Shown here one piece after another: positions 52,618-64,000 of a DNA stretch of 64,000 bases (positions within the stretch are counted from its first letter, which is position 1; every line of letters begins with the position of its first letter). The translations under genes and the position numbers were made by a program. The notes beneath the pieces are model-generated. The model was not told the DNA's origin and did no database searches. It worked only from the letters and a program-made list of their open reading frames with translations. This DNA is from an uncultured Actinomycetota bacterium (GTDB taxonomy: Bacteria; Actinomycetota; Actinomycetes; JAHEKZ01). The DNA lies in the NCBI GenBank assembly GCA_963743915.1, contig CAVURN010000005.1, positions 224,001 to 288,000 of the forward strand, written 5' to 3'.

Positions 52618-54024
52618 ATGAGCGATGGCGCCTCCCGCACGGAGCACGACACCCTGGGTGAGGTCACGGTCCCCGGTGACGCCCTCTGGGGGGCAAGCAC
52701 CCAGCGCGCCGTGCAGAACTTCCAGATCAGCGGGCACACCGTCTCCCCCGAGATCATCCACGCCCTCGCCGACGTCAAAGCCGCTGCCGCCCTGTCCAAC
52801 GCATCGCTGGGCGTGCTCGAGCCGCGAGTCGCTGACGCGATCGTGGAAGCCGCGGTGGAGGTGGCGTCCGGCCACCATGACGACCAGTTCCCCGTCGACC
52901 GCTTCCAGACGGGGTCCGGAACGTCGACGAACATGAACGTCAACGAGGTCCTCGCGCGCATCGCGAGCAACGCGTGCGGCGAAGCCGTGCACCCGAACGA
53001 CCACGTGAACGCGTCGCAGTCCAGCAACGACGTCTTCCCCACGGCCATCCATCTCGCAGCCGCGCAGCTCCTGCGAGACGACCTGGTTCCGGCCCTGCAG
53101 GGCCTCGAGGATGCGCTCCTCATCCAGTCCCGTGAGTGGGCCGACGTCGTCAAGCCAGGGCGCACCCACCTGATGGATGCCGCACCGGTCACCCTCGGCC
53201 AGGAGTTCGGTGGCTACGCGTCCCAGATGCGTCAGTCGATCGCGCGCATCGAGGCGGTCGTGCCGCGGGTGCTGGAGGTGCCGCTCGGCGGCACGGCGGT
53301 GGGGACCGGCCTGAACGCTCCGCCGGGCTTCGCCGACCGGGCACTCGCTGCGATCGCCGACCGCACGGGGATCGCCCTGACGCGTCCGACGGATGCCTTC
53401 GAGGCGCAGTCGACCCGCGATGCCCTGGTCGAGCTCTCCGGCTGCCTGCGCACCCTCGCCGTGTCGATGATGAAGGTCTGCAACGACCTGCGGTGGATGG
53501 GGTCCGGACCGAGTGCCGGGCTCGCCGAGATCACGCTGCCCGCTCTCCAGCCCGGCTCGAGCATCATGCCGGGCAAGGTCAACCCGGTCGTCCCGGAGGC
53601 CGTGGTCCAGGCTTGCTGCCAGGTGGTCGGCCTGGATACCGCCCTCACGCTCGGGGCCACGACGTCGATGTTCGAGCTCAACACCGCGATGCCCCTCATG
53701 GGATGCAACGTCGTCGACTCCATCGGTCTGCTCGCCAACAGCGCCGTCGCTCTGCTGCAGCTGGTTCCGCGCATCAGCGTCGATCCCGAGCGGCTGCGCC
53801 GTTCCGCTGAGTCGTCCCCCGCCGTCGCCACGTCACTCAACCTGCTCGTCGGCTACGAGGCAGCGACGGCCATCGTCAAGGACGCCGCCGCACGCGGCGT
53901 CACGATCCGACAGGCGGCGCAGCGCCTGGTCGACGACGGGCGGGTGAGCCAGGACGCCCTTGACGAGGCCCTCGACCTGAACCGGATGACCCACCCGCAA
54001 CAGCGACACCCGCACCCTCGCTGA
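52618..54024 (+). CDS. fumC: class II fumarate hydratase
   Basis: QTGSGTSTNMN, GRTHLMDA, GSSIMPGKVNP signature. Confidence 0.9.
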   Translation: MSDGASRTEHDTLGEVTVPGDALWGASTQRAVQNFQISGHTVSPEIIHALADVKAAAALSNASLGVLEPRVADAIVEAAVEVASGHHDDQFPVDRFQTGSGTSTNMNVNEVLARIASNACGEAVHPNDHVNASQSSNDVFPTAIHLAAAQLLRDDLVPALQGLEDALLIQSREWADVVKPGRTHLMDAAPVTLGQEFGGYASQMRQSIARIEAVVPRVLEVPLGGTAVGTGLNAPPGFADRALAAIADRTGIALTRPTDAFEAQSTRDALVELSGCLRTLAVSMMKVCNDLRWMGSGPSAGLAEITLPALQPGSSIMPGKVNPVVPEAVVQACCQVVGLDTALTLGATTSMFELNTAMPLMGCNVVDSIGLLANSAVALLQLVPRISVDPERLRRSAESSPAVATSLNLLVGYEAATAIVKDAAARGVTIRQAAQRLVDDGRVSQDALDEALDLNRMTHPQQRHPHPR

Positions 54025-54051
54025 GGGAACAGACCCTGCGTCGTCCGCGGG

Positions 54052-54819
54052 TCAGGGTTCGAACGCGACGCGTTCGCCCGGCGGCGTCACGAGGACCTCC
54101 GTCTCGAGCCCGAGCTGGGCGACGGCATCGGCGAACGCGTAGGGCGGTGACTCCATCCGAGACAGGTGGAGACGGTGCAGGCCGGTGACGGCCAGCGTTC
54201 CCCAGTGGATCGGCACCGCGTAGCGAGGACGCAGCAGCGCGACGGCCTCCGCCGCGCGATGCGGGTTCATGTGCCCGTCCCCGAGCACCAGCCCCCAGCC
54301 CCAGACCGGCAGCAGAGCCACATCCAGCTCCTCGCCGGTCAGGTGCTTCATGCCCGGGAAGAGGTCGGTGTCCCCGGCAAAGTAGACGCGCGCCGGACCC
54401 GCCTCGATCAGGTAGCCCACCGCCAGCGCCACCGGACCGCGCGGTTCGCGCTTGCCGGAATGCACGGCCACGGTGGTGGTCACCGTGATTCCCGCGTGGT
54501 GGACAACGTCACCGGGGCTGACCTCGGCGAGGTGGTCGAACCCCTTGCTGCGCATCCACGCCCCTGCACCGTGCGGCACCACGATGAGCGGGTCGTTCCT
54601 CAGCATCCGCAGCGACGGCAGGTCGAGGTGGTCGTGGTGCAGGTGGGAGATCAGCACCAGATCGACCTCGTCGTAGCCCCGCAGGTCGGCGGCGTGCGGC
54701 ATCCGACGCAGGATGGTTGCCCCGAGTCGCAGCACCGGGTCGGTCATGACGCGGGCGCCCTCGACCTCGATGAGGACCGTGGCGTGCCCGAGATAGGTCA
54801 GATAGTCCCGGTCCGCCAC
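54052..54819 (-). CDS. MBL-fold metallo-hydrolase
   Basis: SHLHHDHLD, YFAGDT, PIHWGT. Confidence 0.88.
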   Translation of the reverse strand: MADRDYLTYLGHATVLIEVEGARVMTDPVLRLGATILRRMPHAADLRGYDEVDLVLISHLHHDHLDLPSLRMLRNDPLIVVPHGAGAWMRSKGFDHLAEVSPGDVVHHAGITVTTTVAVHSGKREPRGPVALAVGYLIEAGPARVYFAGDTDLFPGMKHLTGEELDVALLPVWGWGLVLGDGHMNPHRAAEAVALLRPRYAVPIHWGTLAVTGLHRLHLSRMESPPYAFADAVAQLGLETEVLVTPPGERVAFEP

Positions 54820-54848
54820 GCGCCCACCCTACGAAAGGACGGCCGCAC

Positions 54849-56141
54849 CTACAGCGTGAGGTCCTCAAGCATCTCGGTGACGAGTGCTGCGATGGGTGAG
54901 CGCTCGGAACGGGTGAGCGTGACGTGCGCGAAGAGCGGATGGCCCTTGAGCTTCTCGACGACGGCCACGATGCCGTCGTGCCGGCCCACCCGCAGGTTGT
55001 CGCGCTGGGCGACGTCGTGGGTCAGGACGACCCGCGAGCCCTGCCCGATCCGCGAGAGGACCGTGAGCAGCACGTTTCGTTCCAGCGACTGCGCCTCGTC
55101 CACGATGACGAAGGCGTCGTGCAGCGAGCGGCCCCGGATGTGCGTGAGGGGCAGGACCTCGAGCATGCCTCGGTCGACGATCTCCTCGACAACCTCGGTG
55201 GTGGTGATCGCCGAGAGAGTGTCGAAGACCGCCTGCCCCCAGGGGTTCATCTTCTCGTTCTCGCTGCCCGGCAGGTAGCCGAGCTCCTGTCCCCCGACGG
55301 CGAAGAGCGGGCGGAACACCACGACCCGACGGTGCTGGCTGCGCTCGAGGACCGCCTCCAGGCCCGCACAGAGCGCGAGGGCGGACTTGCCGGTGCCGGC
55401 GCGTCCGCCCAACGACACGATGCCGACGTCCGGGTCGAGCAGGACGTCGAGGGCGATGCGCTGCTCGGCGCTGCGGCCGTGCAGCCCGAACGCCTCACGG
55501 TCCCCCCGCACCAGTCGCACCTGCTTCTCCGGCGTGATCCGGCCCAGGCCGGATCCCCGCTCCGACAGCAGCACCAGACCGGTGTGGCACGGAAGCTCGC
55601 GCGCGACATCGAGGTCGATCTGGTCCTCGTGGTACAGCCGGTCGAGTGTGTCGGCGTCCACCTCCACCTCGGCCATGCCGTTCCACCCGGACTCGACAGC
55701 ACCCTCGGCGAGGTACTCCTCGGCCACCAGGCCGACGGCCGACGCCTTGACGCGCATCGGCAGGTCCTTGGAGACCAAAGTCACGTGCCGGCCCTCGGCA
55801 GCCAGGTTGCGGGCGACCGCCAGGATCCGCGTGTCGTTGTCGCCCAGCCGGAAGCCGGGCGGCAGCACGGACGGGTCGGTGTGGTTCAGCTCCACGCGGA
55901 TCACTCCGCCGCTGTCACCGATCGGGAGCGGCTCGTCCAGCCGTCCGTGGGCCACCCGGAGGTCGTCGAGCATCCTCAACGCCGAGCGGGCGAAGTAGCC
56001 GAGCTCCGGGTGTGAGCGTTTGGCCTCCAGCTCGGTGATCACCACCACCGGGAGCACGACTTCGTGCTCGTCGAACCGCGTCCACGCGGCAGGGTCGGAC
56101 AGCAGGACTGAGGTGTCGAGGACGAACGTCCGACGGTCCAC
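54849..56141 (-). CDS. PIN-PhoH protein (PhoH2)
   Basis: [11 protein letters not shown] domain; GRAGTGKS; [13 protein letters not shown]. Confidence 0.93.
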   Translation of the reverse strand: MDRRTFVLDTSVLLSDPAAWTRFDEHEVVLPVVVITELEAKRSHPELGYFARSALRMLDDLRVAHGRLDEPLPIGDSGGVIRVELNHTDPSVLPPGFRLGDNDTRILAVARNLAAEGRHVTLVSKDLPMRVKASAVGLVAEEYLAEGAVESGWNGMAEVEVDADTLDRLYHEDQIDLDVARELPCHTGLVLLSERGSGLGRITPEKQVRLVRGDREAFGLHGRSAEQRIALDVLLDPDVGIVSLGGRAGTGKSALALCAGLEAVLERSQHRRVVVFRPLFAVGGQELGYLPGSENEKMNPWGQAVFDTLSAITTTEVVEEIVDRGMLEVLPLTHIRGRSLHDAFVIVDEAQSLERNVLLTVLSRIGQGSRVVLTHDVAQRDNLRVGRHDGIVAVVEKLKGHPLFAHVTLTRSERSPIAALVTEMLEDLTL

Positions 56142-56312
56142 GGGTGATGGCCTCCTTCGGGTCGCGCATCATCGACGCTACGACGGTGACCGCGGACACC
56201 GGAGACGCCACGCCGGGCCCCACTAGACTCACGCCACTGGTGGTCCGATCGGGTGGTCCGATCGAGCGACCCGATCCTGGGTGCGTCCAGCGGGCCGAGC
56301 GCGAGGAGCAGA

Positions 56313-57125
56313 GTGGGCGACTTCCTGCACGACGACCAACGTCTGGTCTTCGTGGGCGGCCTGCACCGCAGTGGCACGACCCTGCTCGCGCGCCTGATCG
56401 CCGACCATCCCGACACCACCGGGCTCGCTGGCACCGGCGTCCCGGAGGACGAGGGGCAGCACCTGCAGGACGTGTACCCGCCCGCGAAGGAGCTCGGAGG
56501 CTCGGGCCGCTTCGCGCACCATGCGAGGGCGCATCTCACGGAGGACTCGCCGCTCGTCGGGAGGGAGAACGCCCAGCGACTCTGGGACTCATGGCGTCCC
56601 TTCTGGGACTCTGACGCCCCTTGGCTCGTCGAGAAGTCTCCCCCCAACCTGCTGATGGGACGCTACCTGCAGGCGCTCTTCCCCTCCGCGTCCTTCCTGT
56701 TCATCGTGCGCCACCCGGTCACTGTCACCATGGCCACCCGCAAGTGGCGCCGCCGGACACCGTTGCCGCGGCTGCTGGAGCACTGGTTCACCGCGCACAC
56801 CACCGCCCGGACGGACTTGCCCGCCCTCGAGCGTGTCCACGTGGTCAGCTACGAGTGGCTGCTGGCGGACCCTGAGGAGACGTTGGCCTCCGTGGCGCAG
56901 TTCCTCGGTCTGCCCGGCGAGCTCGACCCCAGCGCCATCAAGCCCGACACCAGTACGCCTTACCAGCGGCAGTGGCACGAGCTGCTCGACGCCGGCAAGC
57001 GCGGGGCGACTCGAGCGCGCGAGCGGTTCGGGCCGTTGGCGCAGACGTTTGGCTACGACCTCGACGACCTGGACGTCATCCCGCGCCACCCGCTGCTCGA
57101 CGCCACGGGCACCCGACTGAAGTAG
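56313..57125 (+). CDS. PAPS-dependent sulfotransferase family protein
   Basis: GLHRSGTT 5'-PSB; EKSPPN; IVRHP; VSYE.LLADP. Confidence 0.8.
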   Translation: MGDFLHDDQRLVFVGGLHRSGTTLLARLIADHPDTTGLAGTGVPEDEGQHLQDVYPPAKELGGSGRFAHHARAHLTEDSPLVGRENAQRLWDSWRPFWDSDAPWLVEKSPPNLLMGRYLQALFPSASFLFIVRHPVTVTMATRKWRRRTPLPRLLEHWFTAHTTARTDLPALERVHVVSYEWLLADPEETLASVAQFLGLPGELDPSAIKPDTSTPYQRQWHELLDAGKRGATRARERFGPLAQTFGYDLDDLDVIPRHPLLDATGTRLK

Positions 57126-57887
57126 TCAGCCGCCGTAGCGACGGTGGCGCTGCGCGTACGCGCGCAGCGCGCGCAGGAAGTCCACCCGCCGGAAGTCCGG
57201 CCAGTACGCCTCGCAGAAGTAGAACTCGCTGTGCGCGCTCTGCCAGAGCATGAACCCCGAGAGGCGTTGCTCACCTGAGGTGCGGATCACCAGGTCGGGA
57301 TCGGGTTGTCCCTTGGTGTAGAGGTGCTCCTCGATGTGCTCGGCGGCGAAGTCGCGAGCGAGGTCCTCCATCGGGGTGCCCTGGGCCGCATGCTCGACGA
57401 GCAGCGACCGCACCGCGTCGGCGATCTCCTGCCGGCCTCCGTAACCGACGGCGACGTTGACCATGATCCCGTCGACGTCGCGCGTCGCGGTGGCCGCCGA
57501 CTTCAGGGCCTCAGCCGTGGCCTGGGGGAGCATGTCGAGCGCCCCCACCGGGTTCAGACGCCAGCGACCCGAACCTGCAAGTTCGCCCACCACCTTCTCG
57601 ATGATCTCGAGCAGCGGTTGGAGCTCAGGTTCGGGACGCGAGAGGTTGTCCGTGGACAGCAGCCAGAGGGTGACGCGCTCGACGCCCGCCTCGTCGCACC
57701 ACTCGAGCAGCCGGGCGATCTTGTCGGCGCCCGCCTGGTGCCCGGTGCTCGGGGCACTGCCACTGGCGCGCGCCCATCGACGGTTGCCGTCGAGGATGAC
57801 GCCGACGTGCTTGGGCACCTGCTCGGGATCGAGGGATGCGAGGAGCCGCCGCTCGTAGAGCGAGTACGCGACGTCGCGAAGGCCCAC
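57126..57887 (-). CDS. cis-isoprenyl transferase (Rv1086-like short-chain Z-prenyltransferase)
   Basis: HVGVILDGNRRWA, LSTDNL.R, YGGRQEI, RTSGEQRLSGFMLWQ. Confidence 0.92.
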   Translation of the reverse strand: MGLRDVAYSLYERRLLASLDPEQVPKHVGVILDGNRRWARASGSAPSTGHQAGADKIARLLEWCDEAGVERVTLWLLSTDNLSRPEPELQPLLEIIEKVVGELAGSGRWRLNPVGALDMLPQATAEALKSAATATRDVDGIMVNVAVGYGGRQEIADAVRSLLVEHAAQGTPMEDLARDFAAEHIEEHLYTKGQPDPDLVIRTSGEQRLSGFMLWQSAHSEFYFCEAYWPDFRRVDFLRALRAYAQRHRRYGG

Positions 57888-57951
57888 GCCGGTGTCCCCT
57901 TCCGGATCAACGCCTCGACTCTACCCGCGGAGGGCCCCTTGCTGGACTCCC

Positions 57952-58413
57952 CTACTGAATCGCGGGGAGGACGACCACCGGACCGTGCGCGTGTCGCACC
58001 ACCTCGGTGGACACCGAGCCCAGCCACCGGGCCAGCCCCGAGCCCCGGGCCCCGACGACCGTGACGGCGGAGTCGGTCGACGCATGGACCAGTGCCTGCG
58101 ACGCCGATGAGTGGACGGGAAGCAGGTGGACGACGCCGGCCGGGTTCGGTCCGAGCACCCGCTCGAGGTCCGCCGCCATCTCGGCGCGCACGGCCTCGGC
58201 GAACTCGTCCTCGCTCGGGACGTAACCGACGTCTGCGGTCGCCGGTCGCGGTGCGGACGTGAGCGCCCAGGCGCGGATCACCACGAGCGGGACTCCCCGA
58301 CGCAGCGCGTCCTCGTGGGCCCAGCGAACGGCCCGAGCGGCATCCGGTGACCCGTCGTCGCCGACCACCACGGCACCCCTGGTGACCGGCGAGTCGCCCT
58401 GCTGCTCACTCAT
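57952..58413 (-). CDS. universal stress protein
   Basis: VVVGDDGSP.A.RA..WA; VVGARG..LGSVS..VVRHA..PVVV. Confidence 0.88.
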   Translation of the reverse strand: MSEQQGDSPVTRGAVVVGDDGSPDAARAVRWAHEDALRRGVPLVVIRAWALTSAPRPATADVGYVPSEDEFAEAVRAEMAADLERVLGPNPAGVVHLLPVHSSASQALVHASTDSAVTVVGARGSGLARWLGSVSTEVVRHAHGPVVVLPAIQ

Positions 58414-58439
58414 GCGCACCTCTTCTCGTTCTGGGGCCA

Positions 58440-60455
58440 TCACTCTGTCGCACCCCGCAGGAGCTGCGCGACCTGCCCCCCGTCCCGGGTGGGCCGTTCA
58501 CAGCGGAACTCGCGACAGACGTAGGCCGCCGCGTGACCGTCCACCGTGGAGCGGCCGGCCAGCAGCGGGACGCCACGCGCACCGGGCTCCCCCACGGCCA
58601 CGACCCGGCCGGGTGCCGGCCAAGACCACGCCGCGTGGACCAGCGCGTCGCGCTCCGGGCCCTCCTCCCCCACGACTGCGACCTCGCGGGGACCGTCGTG
58701 CCAGGCCTCAGCGACCGCCAGCCACCAGCCCGCGAATCGCGGTGCTTTCCGTGCCAGGCCGGTTGCGCCGGCCAGGACGGCCTCCGCGGCTGCTCGGTGA
58801 CGCATCTCTCCGCCGAGCGCGGCTGACGTCAGCAGGGCCCCGGCGAGGGACGCCTGGCCGCAGGGGGTGGCGTTGTCGGTCCACTCCTGGGGTCGGCGGA
58901 CGAGCTTCTCGGCGTCGGATGCGGTGTCGAAGAAGCCGCCCCGGCCGTCGCCGAAGCGATCCAGCGCGACATCCAGGAGGTCGATCGCCCGGTCGTACCA
59001 CCGGGGGTCGCCGCTGACCATCGAGAGAGTGAGCCACCCCTCGGCCGTCTGTGCGTAGTCCTCGAGGACGCCGGCGGCATCACCGGCCACCCCGTCGCGG
59101 GACACCCGGCGGAGCCGTCCGTCGACGAGGTGCACGTCCCACAGCAGCTCCGCGCAGGCCGTCGCGGCGTCCACCAGGTCCCCTCGGCCGACGACGGCAC
59201 CGATCTCCGCGAGGGCGGCGATCGCGAGGCCGTTCCACCCCGCCACGACCTTGTCGTCCCTGGCCGGACGCGTGCGCTCCTCACGGACTTCCCGCAGTCG
59301 GTGCCGTACGCGTGACCAGCGGCTGTCGTCGTCGGGATCGGCACGCCGCTGCAGCGTGGACCAGCCGTCCTCGAAGGTGCCCTCCTCGGTGACCGAGAGG
59401 AAGCTGGCCGCCCACAGGCCGTCCTCCCGGCCGAGGGCATCCACCAGCGTCTGTGGTGACCAGACGTAGTACTTGCCCTCGACCCCGTCGGTGTCGGCAT
59501 CGAGTGCGGAGGCGTACCCGCCCTCGGGCGTGCGCAGCTCGGTGACCAGGAAGTCCGCGGTCTCGACCGCGACCCGCTCACCCAGTGGGCGTCCGGACAG
59601 CTGTCCGATGTGCAGGGCCACCCGCGCCAGCAAGGCGTTGTCGTAGAGCATCTTCTCGAAGTGCGGCACCACCCACCCGGCATCCACGCTGTACCGCGCG
59701 AAGCCACCGGAGAGCTGGTCGTAGATGCCGCCCGACGCCATGGCCCGCAGTGTCCCCTCGGCCATCAGCAGTGCGTCTCCGGACCCGGTTCGTGCGTGGT
59801 GACGACAGAGGAACTCGAGCACCATGCTCGGCGGGAACTTCGGTGCCGCACCGAACCCGCCGCGGGCATGGTCGTACTGACGCGCGAGAAGCGGCATCGC
59901 CGCCGCGAGGTCGTCGGGGCTCGGAGGGCCTGCGTCGTCCGCTCGCGCCTCCTCCCGAAGGCCGGCGATCCGACCGAGCACGTCCGATGCCTGGGCACGG
60001 ACGTCGTCCGGCCGTTCCCGCCACACCTCGGAGACGGCGGTCAGCACCTCACCGAACCCTGGCAGCTCGCCGCGCCGCCGCGGCGGGAAGTAGGTGCCTG
60101 CGTAGAAGGGCTCACCGGACGGAGTGAGGAAGACGGTCATGGGCCACCCACCGTGACCGGTCATGGCCGTGACGGCGTCCATATACACCGCGTCGACGTC
60201 GGGGCGCTCCTCGCGGTCGACCTTGACCGAGACGTATCGCGCGTTCATCAGCTCCGCGATGCCGGGATCTTCGAACGACTCGTGGGCCATGACATGGCAC
60301 CAGTGGCAGGCCGAGTAGCCCACCGAGAGGAGCACCGGCACTCCGCGTCGCTGTGCCTCGACGAAGGCTTCGGGGCCCCACGGCCACCAGTCGACGGGGT
60401 TGTCGGCGTGCTGCTGCAGGTACGGGCTGGCGGCTTGCGCGAGGCGGTTCGGCAC
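58440..60455 (-). CDS. thioredoxin-domain YyaL/SSP411 family protein
   Basis: [44 protein letters not shown]. Confidence 0.93.
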   Translation of the reverse strand: MPNRLAQAASPYLQQHADNPVDWWPWGPEAFVEAQRRGVPVLLSVGYSACHWCHVMAHESFEDPGIAELMNARYVSVKVDREERPDVDAVYMDAVTAMTGHGGWPMTVFLTPSGEPFYAGTYFPPRRRGELPGFGEVLTAVSEVWRERPDDVRAQASDVLGRIAGLREEARADDAGPPSPDDLAAAMPLLARQYDHARGGFGAAPKFPPSMVLEFLCRHHARTGSGDALLMAEGTLRAMASGGIYDQLSGGFARYSVDAGWVVPHFEKMLYDNALLARVALHIGQLSGRPLGERVAVETADFLVTELRTPEGGYASALDADTDGVEGKYYVWSPQTLVDALGREDGLWAASFLSVTEEGTFEDGWSTLQRRADPDDDSRWSRVRHRLREVREERTRPARDDKVVAGWNGLAIAALAEIGAVVGRGDLVDAATACAELLWDVHLVDGRLRRVSRDGVAGDAAGVLEDYAQTAEGWLTLSMVSGDPRWYDRAIDLLDVALDRFGDGRGGFFDTASDAEKLVRRPQEWTDNATPCGQASLAGALLTSAALGGEMRHRAAAEAVLAGATGLARKAPRFAGWWLAVAEAWHDGPREVAVVGEEGPERDALVHAAWSWPAPGRVVAVGEPGARGVPLLAGRSTVDGHAAAYVCREFRCERPTRDGGQVAQLLRGATE

Positions 60456-60508
60456 CGGCTCATTCTCGCGCTCCCGCCCGGGGCGGACACAATTGCGTCT
60501 GGGGAGCG

Positions 60509-60537
60509 TTTCACCTGCCGTGCCGGGGCGCCGATGC
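60509..60537 (+). promoter_or_regulatory. sigma-28-like promoter candidate for the GGDEF-EAL gene
   Basis: TTTCAC-N15-GCCGATGC, ~70 nt upstream of 60605. Confidence 0.45.
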
Positions 60538-60604
60538 CTGAAGATGGGGTGGGCCACCTCCGGCTGGCCCCTGCCCGCCTGCCGTCGACCGTTGTGAGGG
60601 TGCC

Positions 60605-63600
60605 GTGACCTGGGCTCGCCGCCACCTGTGGTGGGCGTTCCTGCTGCTCGGGACGGTGCTGGTCGCCCTCTTCTACGCCCTCCCCTCACTCGAGTCGGTC
60701 CAGCGCCCGGGGCAGCTCCAGAGCCTGTTCTGGGTCGTCATACCGCTGCTCACCCTGGCCGCGATGGCCACCGGCCTCGTGATCCAGTCACCCCCGTCGC
60801 GCGCCGTGTGGTTCTCCCTCATGATCGGCGTGGGGCTCACGGGGCTGGGCGACACTCTGTGGGAGTACCCGGAGTGGGTGGGGGTGCGTCCGCGTGACAT
60901 CCCCTATCCGTCGCTCATCGACTACGTGTACCTCTCGTCGTACGTCTTCCTGTTCGCAGGGATCCTGCTGCTGGTGCGCCGGCGCTCACCCGGCCGCGAC
61001 CGGGCTGCACTGCTCGATGCCCTCATCGTCACGACGGCGGCGGCCCTGACGTCGTGGATCTTCATCATCGAGCCGTCGATCGGTGACACCGACCTCTTGT
61101 CGGCAGAGGCGCTCGTCACGATCGCCTATCCGGTCATGGACCTCCTGCTGCTTGGCGCTGCCACCCGCCTGTGGTTCTCCTTCGACGCGGGCCACAACAC
61201 GTCGCTCCGTCTGGTCGTGATCACCCTCGCTGGCGTTCTCGTCTCGGACACCGCCTACGCGTACCTGGCGTTGCAGGGCACGTGGCAGGACGGCACGGTC
61301 TGGGACCTCGGGTGGTTCCTCTTCTTCCTCGGATTCGGTGCAGCCGCTCTGCACCCCTCGGTGGCGTCCCCGGTGGTCGCGACCTCACCGGAGCGGGCGA
61401 TCAGCCGTTGGCGGTTCGTCGTCCTCCTCGCCCTGATGGCCATCCTGCCTTTGTCGTTACTGGTCGGTCAGATCAACCTCGCGGACTCCACGCGCGGCCT
61501 CGTCGTCATCGTCGGCGCGCTGATCATGTTCGGTCTGGTGCTGCTCCGCCTCAACGACCTGGTGCTCCAGCTCCGCGAGACGCTCCGGCGGGAGCGGGTG
61601 ATCCGCGACGCCAACGGTGCGCTGGCTGCCGCCGCAGACATCGACAGCATCCGCACCACCGTCGTCCATGCCGCCGCCGAGCTGCACCCCGGAAGCCGGT
61701 CCTTCCTGGTCGAGCTGCGTCGTCAGGGCCTCACAGGTGTGGTCGTGCAGACCGTCCCCCCAGGACGGTCGTTCGGACTGCGGCAGGACACGCTCCTGGA
61801 GCTCGACGACATCGCCGGTAGCAACGTCCTGCTCTACGGCGACACGGCGATCCACCGCGATCTGGAGCTCAGCGACCAGGCGTCCGTGACCGTCAGCCCA
61901 CTGACCGGGACGGACGGGATCACCGACGGGTTCCTGGTCGCCGCGGCGCACCCCTCGCTGCCCCGTGAGACACCGCTTGCGCTGGCTGCGCTCACCGAGG
62001 CGGCGTCCCTGGCGAAGTCACGCATCGGGCTGGGGCGCGTGCTGGCCGAGCGGGCCAGCGACCTACGGCTGCGGCGGATGCTGCAGCACTCGTCGGACAT
62101 CATCGCGGTGCTCGACCTCGACCTCAGCATCCGCTACCTCAGCCCCGGGGCCGAGCGGATGCTCGGCATCGCCCCGCAGCACATCCAGGGCACCAGCTGG
62201 CTGGACGCCGTCCACCCCGGCGACCGCGGGAAGGCGAACAGCATCATCGAGGCGTCCACCGCCGACCGACCCGCGCACGCGGAGTTCCGGCTGCTGGCCG
62301 GTGACGGCTCGCACCGATACGTCGACGTGGTTGCCACGCGCGTCATCGAGCACGACGAACCGGGCTTCGTGCTCACCTGCCATGACGTCACCGAGCGACG
62401 GGCCCTCGAGCAACAGCTGTCCTACCAGGCCTTCCACGACTCGCTGACCGGGCTGGCCAACCGTGCGCTGTTCCGCGACCGCCTGGAGCACGCCCTCAGC
62501 CGCACCGCCCGGGGCAGCGTGCAGTTCGCCGTGCTCTTCATCGACCTGGACGACTTCAAGGACATCAACGACTCGCTCGGCCACGCCGCGGGTGACACCT
62601 TGCTGAGGCAGATGACGCAACGGCTGCTGGACGCGGTGCGCGAAGAGGACACCGTGGCCCGACTCGGCGGCGACGAGTTCGCGATCCTGCTCGAGAGCGT
62701 GAGTGGCGAGGACGAGGTGGTGGCCGTTGCTACCCGGATCGTGTCGTCGGCGCAGGAACCCTTCGAGATCGACGAGTCCGTCATCACCAGCGGAGTCAGC
62801 GTCGGCGTCGCCGTCACCGACCGCGAGGCGGAGTCAGCAGAGGCCGTCATGCGCAACGCCGACCTGGCGCTGTACGAGGCCAAGAACCTGGGGAAGAACC
62901 GGCATGCCCTCTTCGCGCCGGCCATGCACGAGCAGGCGGTGGACCGCCTGCAGCTCTCCGCCGACCTGCGCGACGCCCTGGAGTCCGACCAGCTTCTGGT
63001 CCACTACCAGCCGATCGTCGAGCTCACCACGAACCGGATCGTCGGCGTCGAGTGCCTCGCCCGATGGCAGCACCCGACCCGCGGACTGCTCGGGCCCGGG
63101 CAGTTCATCGGGCTGGCCGAGGAGAGCGGTCTCATCGTGCCGCTCGGTCGCGAGGTCATGCGGATGGCGTTGCAGGCCACCGGCCGTTGGCAGAGTGAGC
63201 TGCCCGACCACGCCGACCTCATCCTGACGGTCAACCTCAGCGCCCGCCAGGTCCAGGAGGACGGCCTGGTCGAGGAAGTGCGCCAGGCACTGGCCGACAC
63301 CGGTGTCCGGGCGCAGACGCTGGTCCTGGAGATCACCGAGTCCATGCTCCTGCCAGGAGAGGGCGTGACCATGGAACGGCTGCGCGCCCTGTCCGAGCTC
63401 GGGGTCCGCCTGTTCATCGACGACTTCGGCACGGGCTACTCCTCGCTGAGCTATCTGCAACAGCTGCCCGTCGACGGGATCAAGGTCGCGCGGGAGTTCG
63501 TGTGCACGTTGCGTCCTGGCAGCGCGGACCACGGATCGAACCTGGTGAGCACGATTCGCAGCATCGCAGCCACGCTTGGGCTGTCGTCGATCATCGCCGA

Positions 63601-63751
63601 GGGCGTCGAGACGCCGGAGCAGCGCCAAGCCCTGATCGAGCTGGGCTACCTGCTCGGACAGGGCTACCTGATGGCCCGGCCCATGTCGGAGCAGGCCCTG
63701 ACCGAGCTGCTGCGCGACGAGTCGTCGCTACTGGCTGACGTCACGATCTGA
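60605..63751 (+). CDS. membrane-bound PAS-GGDEF-EAL diguanylate cyclase/phosphodiesterase
   Basis: multi-TM N-terminus; PAS; [10 protein letters not shown]; REED I-site; GGDEF; ECL variant of EAL; DDFGTGYSS; EGVE. Confidence 0.93.
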   Translation: MTWARRHLWWAFLLLGTVLVALFYALPSLESVQRPGQLQSLFWVVIPLLTLAAMATGLVIQSPPSRAVWFSLMIGVGLTGLGDTLWEYPEWVGVRPRDIPYPSLIDYVYLSSYVFLFAGILLLVRRRSPGRDRAALLDALIVTTAAALTSWIFIIEPSIGDTDLLSAEALVTIAYPVMDLLLLGAATRLWFSFDAGHNTSLRLVVITLAGVLVSDTAYAYLALQGTWQDGTVWDLGWFLFFLGFGAAALHPSVASPVVATSPERAISRWRFVVLLALMAILPLSLLVGQINLADSTRGLVVIVGALIMFGLVLLRLNDLVLQLRETLRRERVIRDANGALAAAADIDSIRTTVVHAAAELHPGSRSFLVELRRQGLTGVVVQTVPPGRSFGLRQDTLLELDDIAGSNVLLYGDTAIHRDLELSDQASVTVSPLTGTDGITDGFLVAAAHPSLPRETPLALAALTEAASLAKSRIGLGRVLAERASDLRLRRMLQHSSDIIAVLDLDLSIRYLSPGAERMLGIAPQHIQGTSWLDAVHPGDRGKANSIIEASTADRPAHAEFRLLAGDGSHRYVDVVATRVIEHDEPGFVLTCHDVTERRALEQQLSYQAFHDSLTGLANRALFRDRLEHALSRTARGSVQFAVLFIDLDDFKDINDSLGHAAGDTLLRQMTQRLLDAVREEDTVARLGGDEFAILLESVSGEDEVVAVATRIVSSAQEPFEIDESVITSGVSVGVAVTDREAESAEAVMRNADLALYEAKNLGKNRHALFAPAMHEQAVDRLQLSADLRDALESDQLLVHYQPIVELTTNRIVGVECLARWQHPTRGLLGPGQFIGLAEESGLIVPLGREVMRMALQATGRWQSELPDHADLILTVNLSARQVQEDGLVEEVRQALADTGVRAQTLVLEITESMLLPGEGVTMERLRALSELGVRLFIDDFGTGYSSLSYLQQLPVDGIKVAREFVCTLRPGSADHGSNLVSTIRSIAATLGLSSIIAEGVETPEQRQALIELGYLLGQGYLMARPMSEQALTELLRDESSLLADVTI

Positions 63752-63952
63752 GGGGTCCACGGGGTCGGACGGCTCCTCTGTCTCGAACGTCGGCGGAACC
63801 TTCTTGACGTGGTGCAGCATCGAGCGGATCAGCAGGAAGGTGGCCAGCGCCAGCAGGACCACGATCGCGAACGCGAGGAGCCCTGGCCCGATGCCGGTCC
63901 TCGAGTCCTCCACCGTCCGGATCACGAGGGGCAGCACCGCGAACGTCGACAT
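63728..63952 (-). CDS. small membrane protein downstream of mca
   Basis: PGLLAFAIVVLL..TFLLIRSM..H.KKVP pattern. Confidence 0.65.
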   Translation of the reverse strand: MSTFAVLPLVIRTVEDSRTGIGPGLLAFAIVVLLALATFLLIRSMLHHVKKVPPTFETEEPSDPVDPSDRDVSQ

Positions 63953-63972
63953 GGTGCGATTCTGCCGGACCG

Positions 63973-64000
63973 TCACCGGAGCCCGGCGAACAGGTCGTCC
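63973..64000 (-). CDS. mca: 3' end of probable mycothiol conjugate amidase
   Basis: DDLFAGLR* C-terminus; usual mca - membrane protein - YyaL gene order. Confidence 0.5.

Overview
High-GC actinobacterial chromosomal window, probably a consensus or MAG assembly. Bases 1-11.9 kb hold a minus-strand chemosensory cluster: cheW, five tandem chemoreceptors (MCPs), then a CheA-REC hybrid. Each receptor joins a highly diverged multi-pass membrane sensor head to a near-identical ~0.87 kb signalling-domain module. That module has intense G/T strand skew (GRINS-like) and a mosaic SNP pattern that suggests gene conversion. Five sigma-28 (FliA/WhiG)-like promoters with exact 15-bp spacers punctuate the cluster, some with BldM/WhiI-like boxes. 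The same promoter motif precedes a DUF2510 gene and a PAS-GGDEF-EAL gene elsewhere in the window. The rest is mostly conserved actinobacterial housekeeping: FtsH-like protease, mshB, S9 peptidase, an opp/dpp ABC transporter, typA, an Sdh1-type SDH operon, ychF-rmuC-ispH-xseAB-glpX, two fumarases, phoH2, a cis-prenyltransferase, USP, YyaL and the mca 3' end. About eleven apparent frameshifts can each be repaired by deleting one base next to a wobble position. This points to a consensus artefact, including the apparent MCP-CheA and SdhB-TPR fusions. All calls come from reading the sequence and motifs; no database searches were run.
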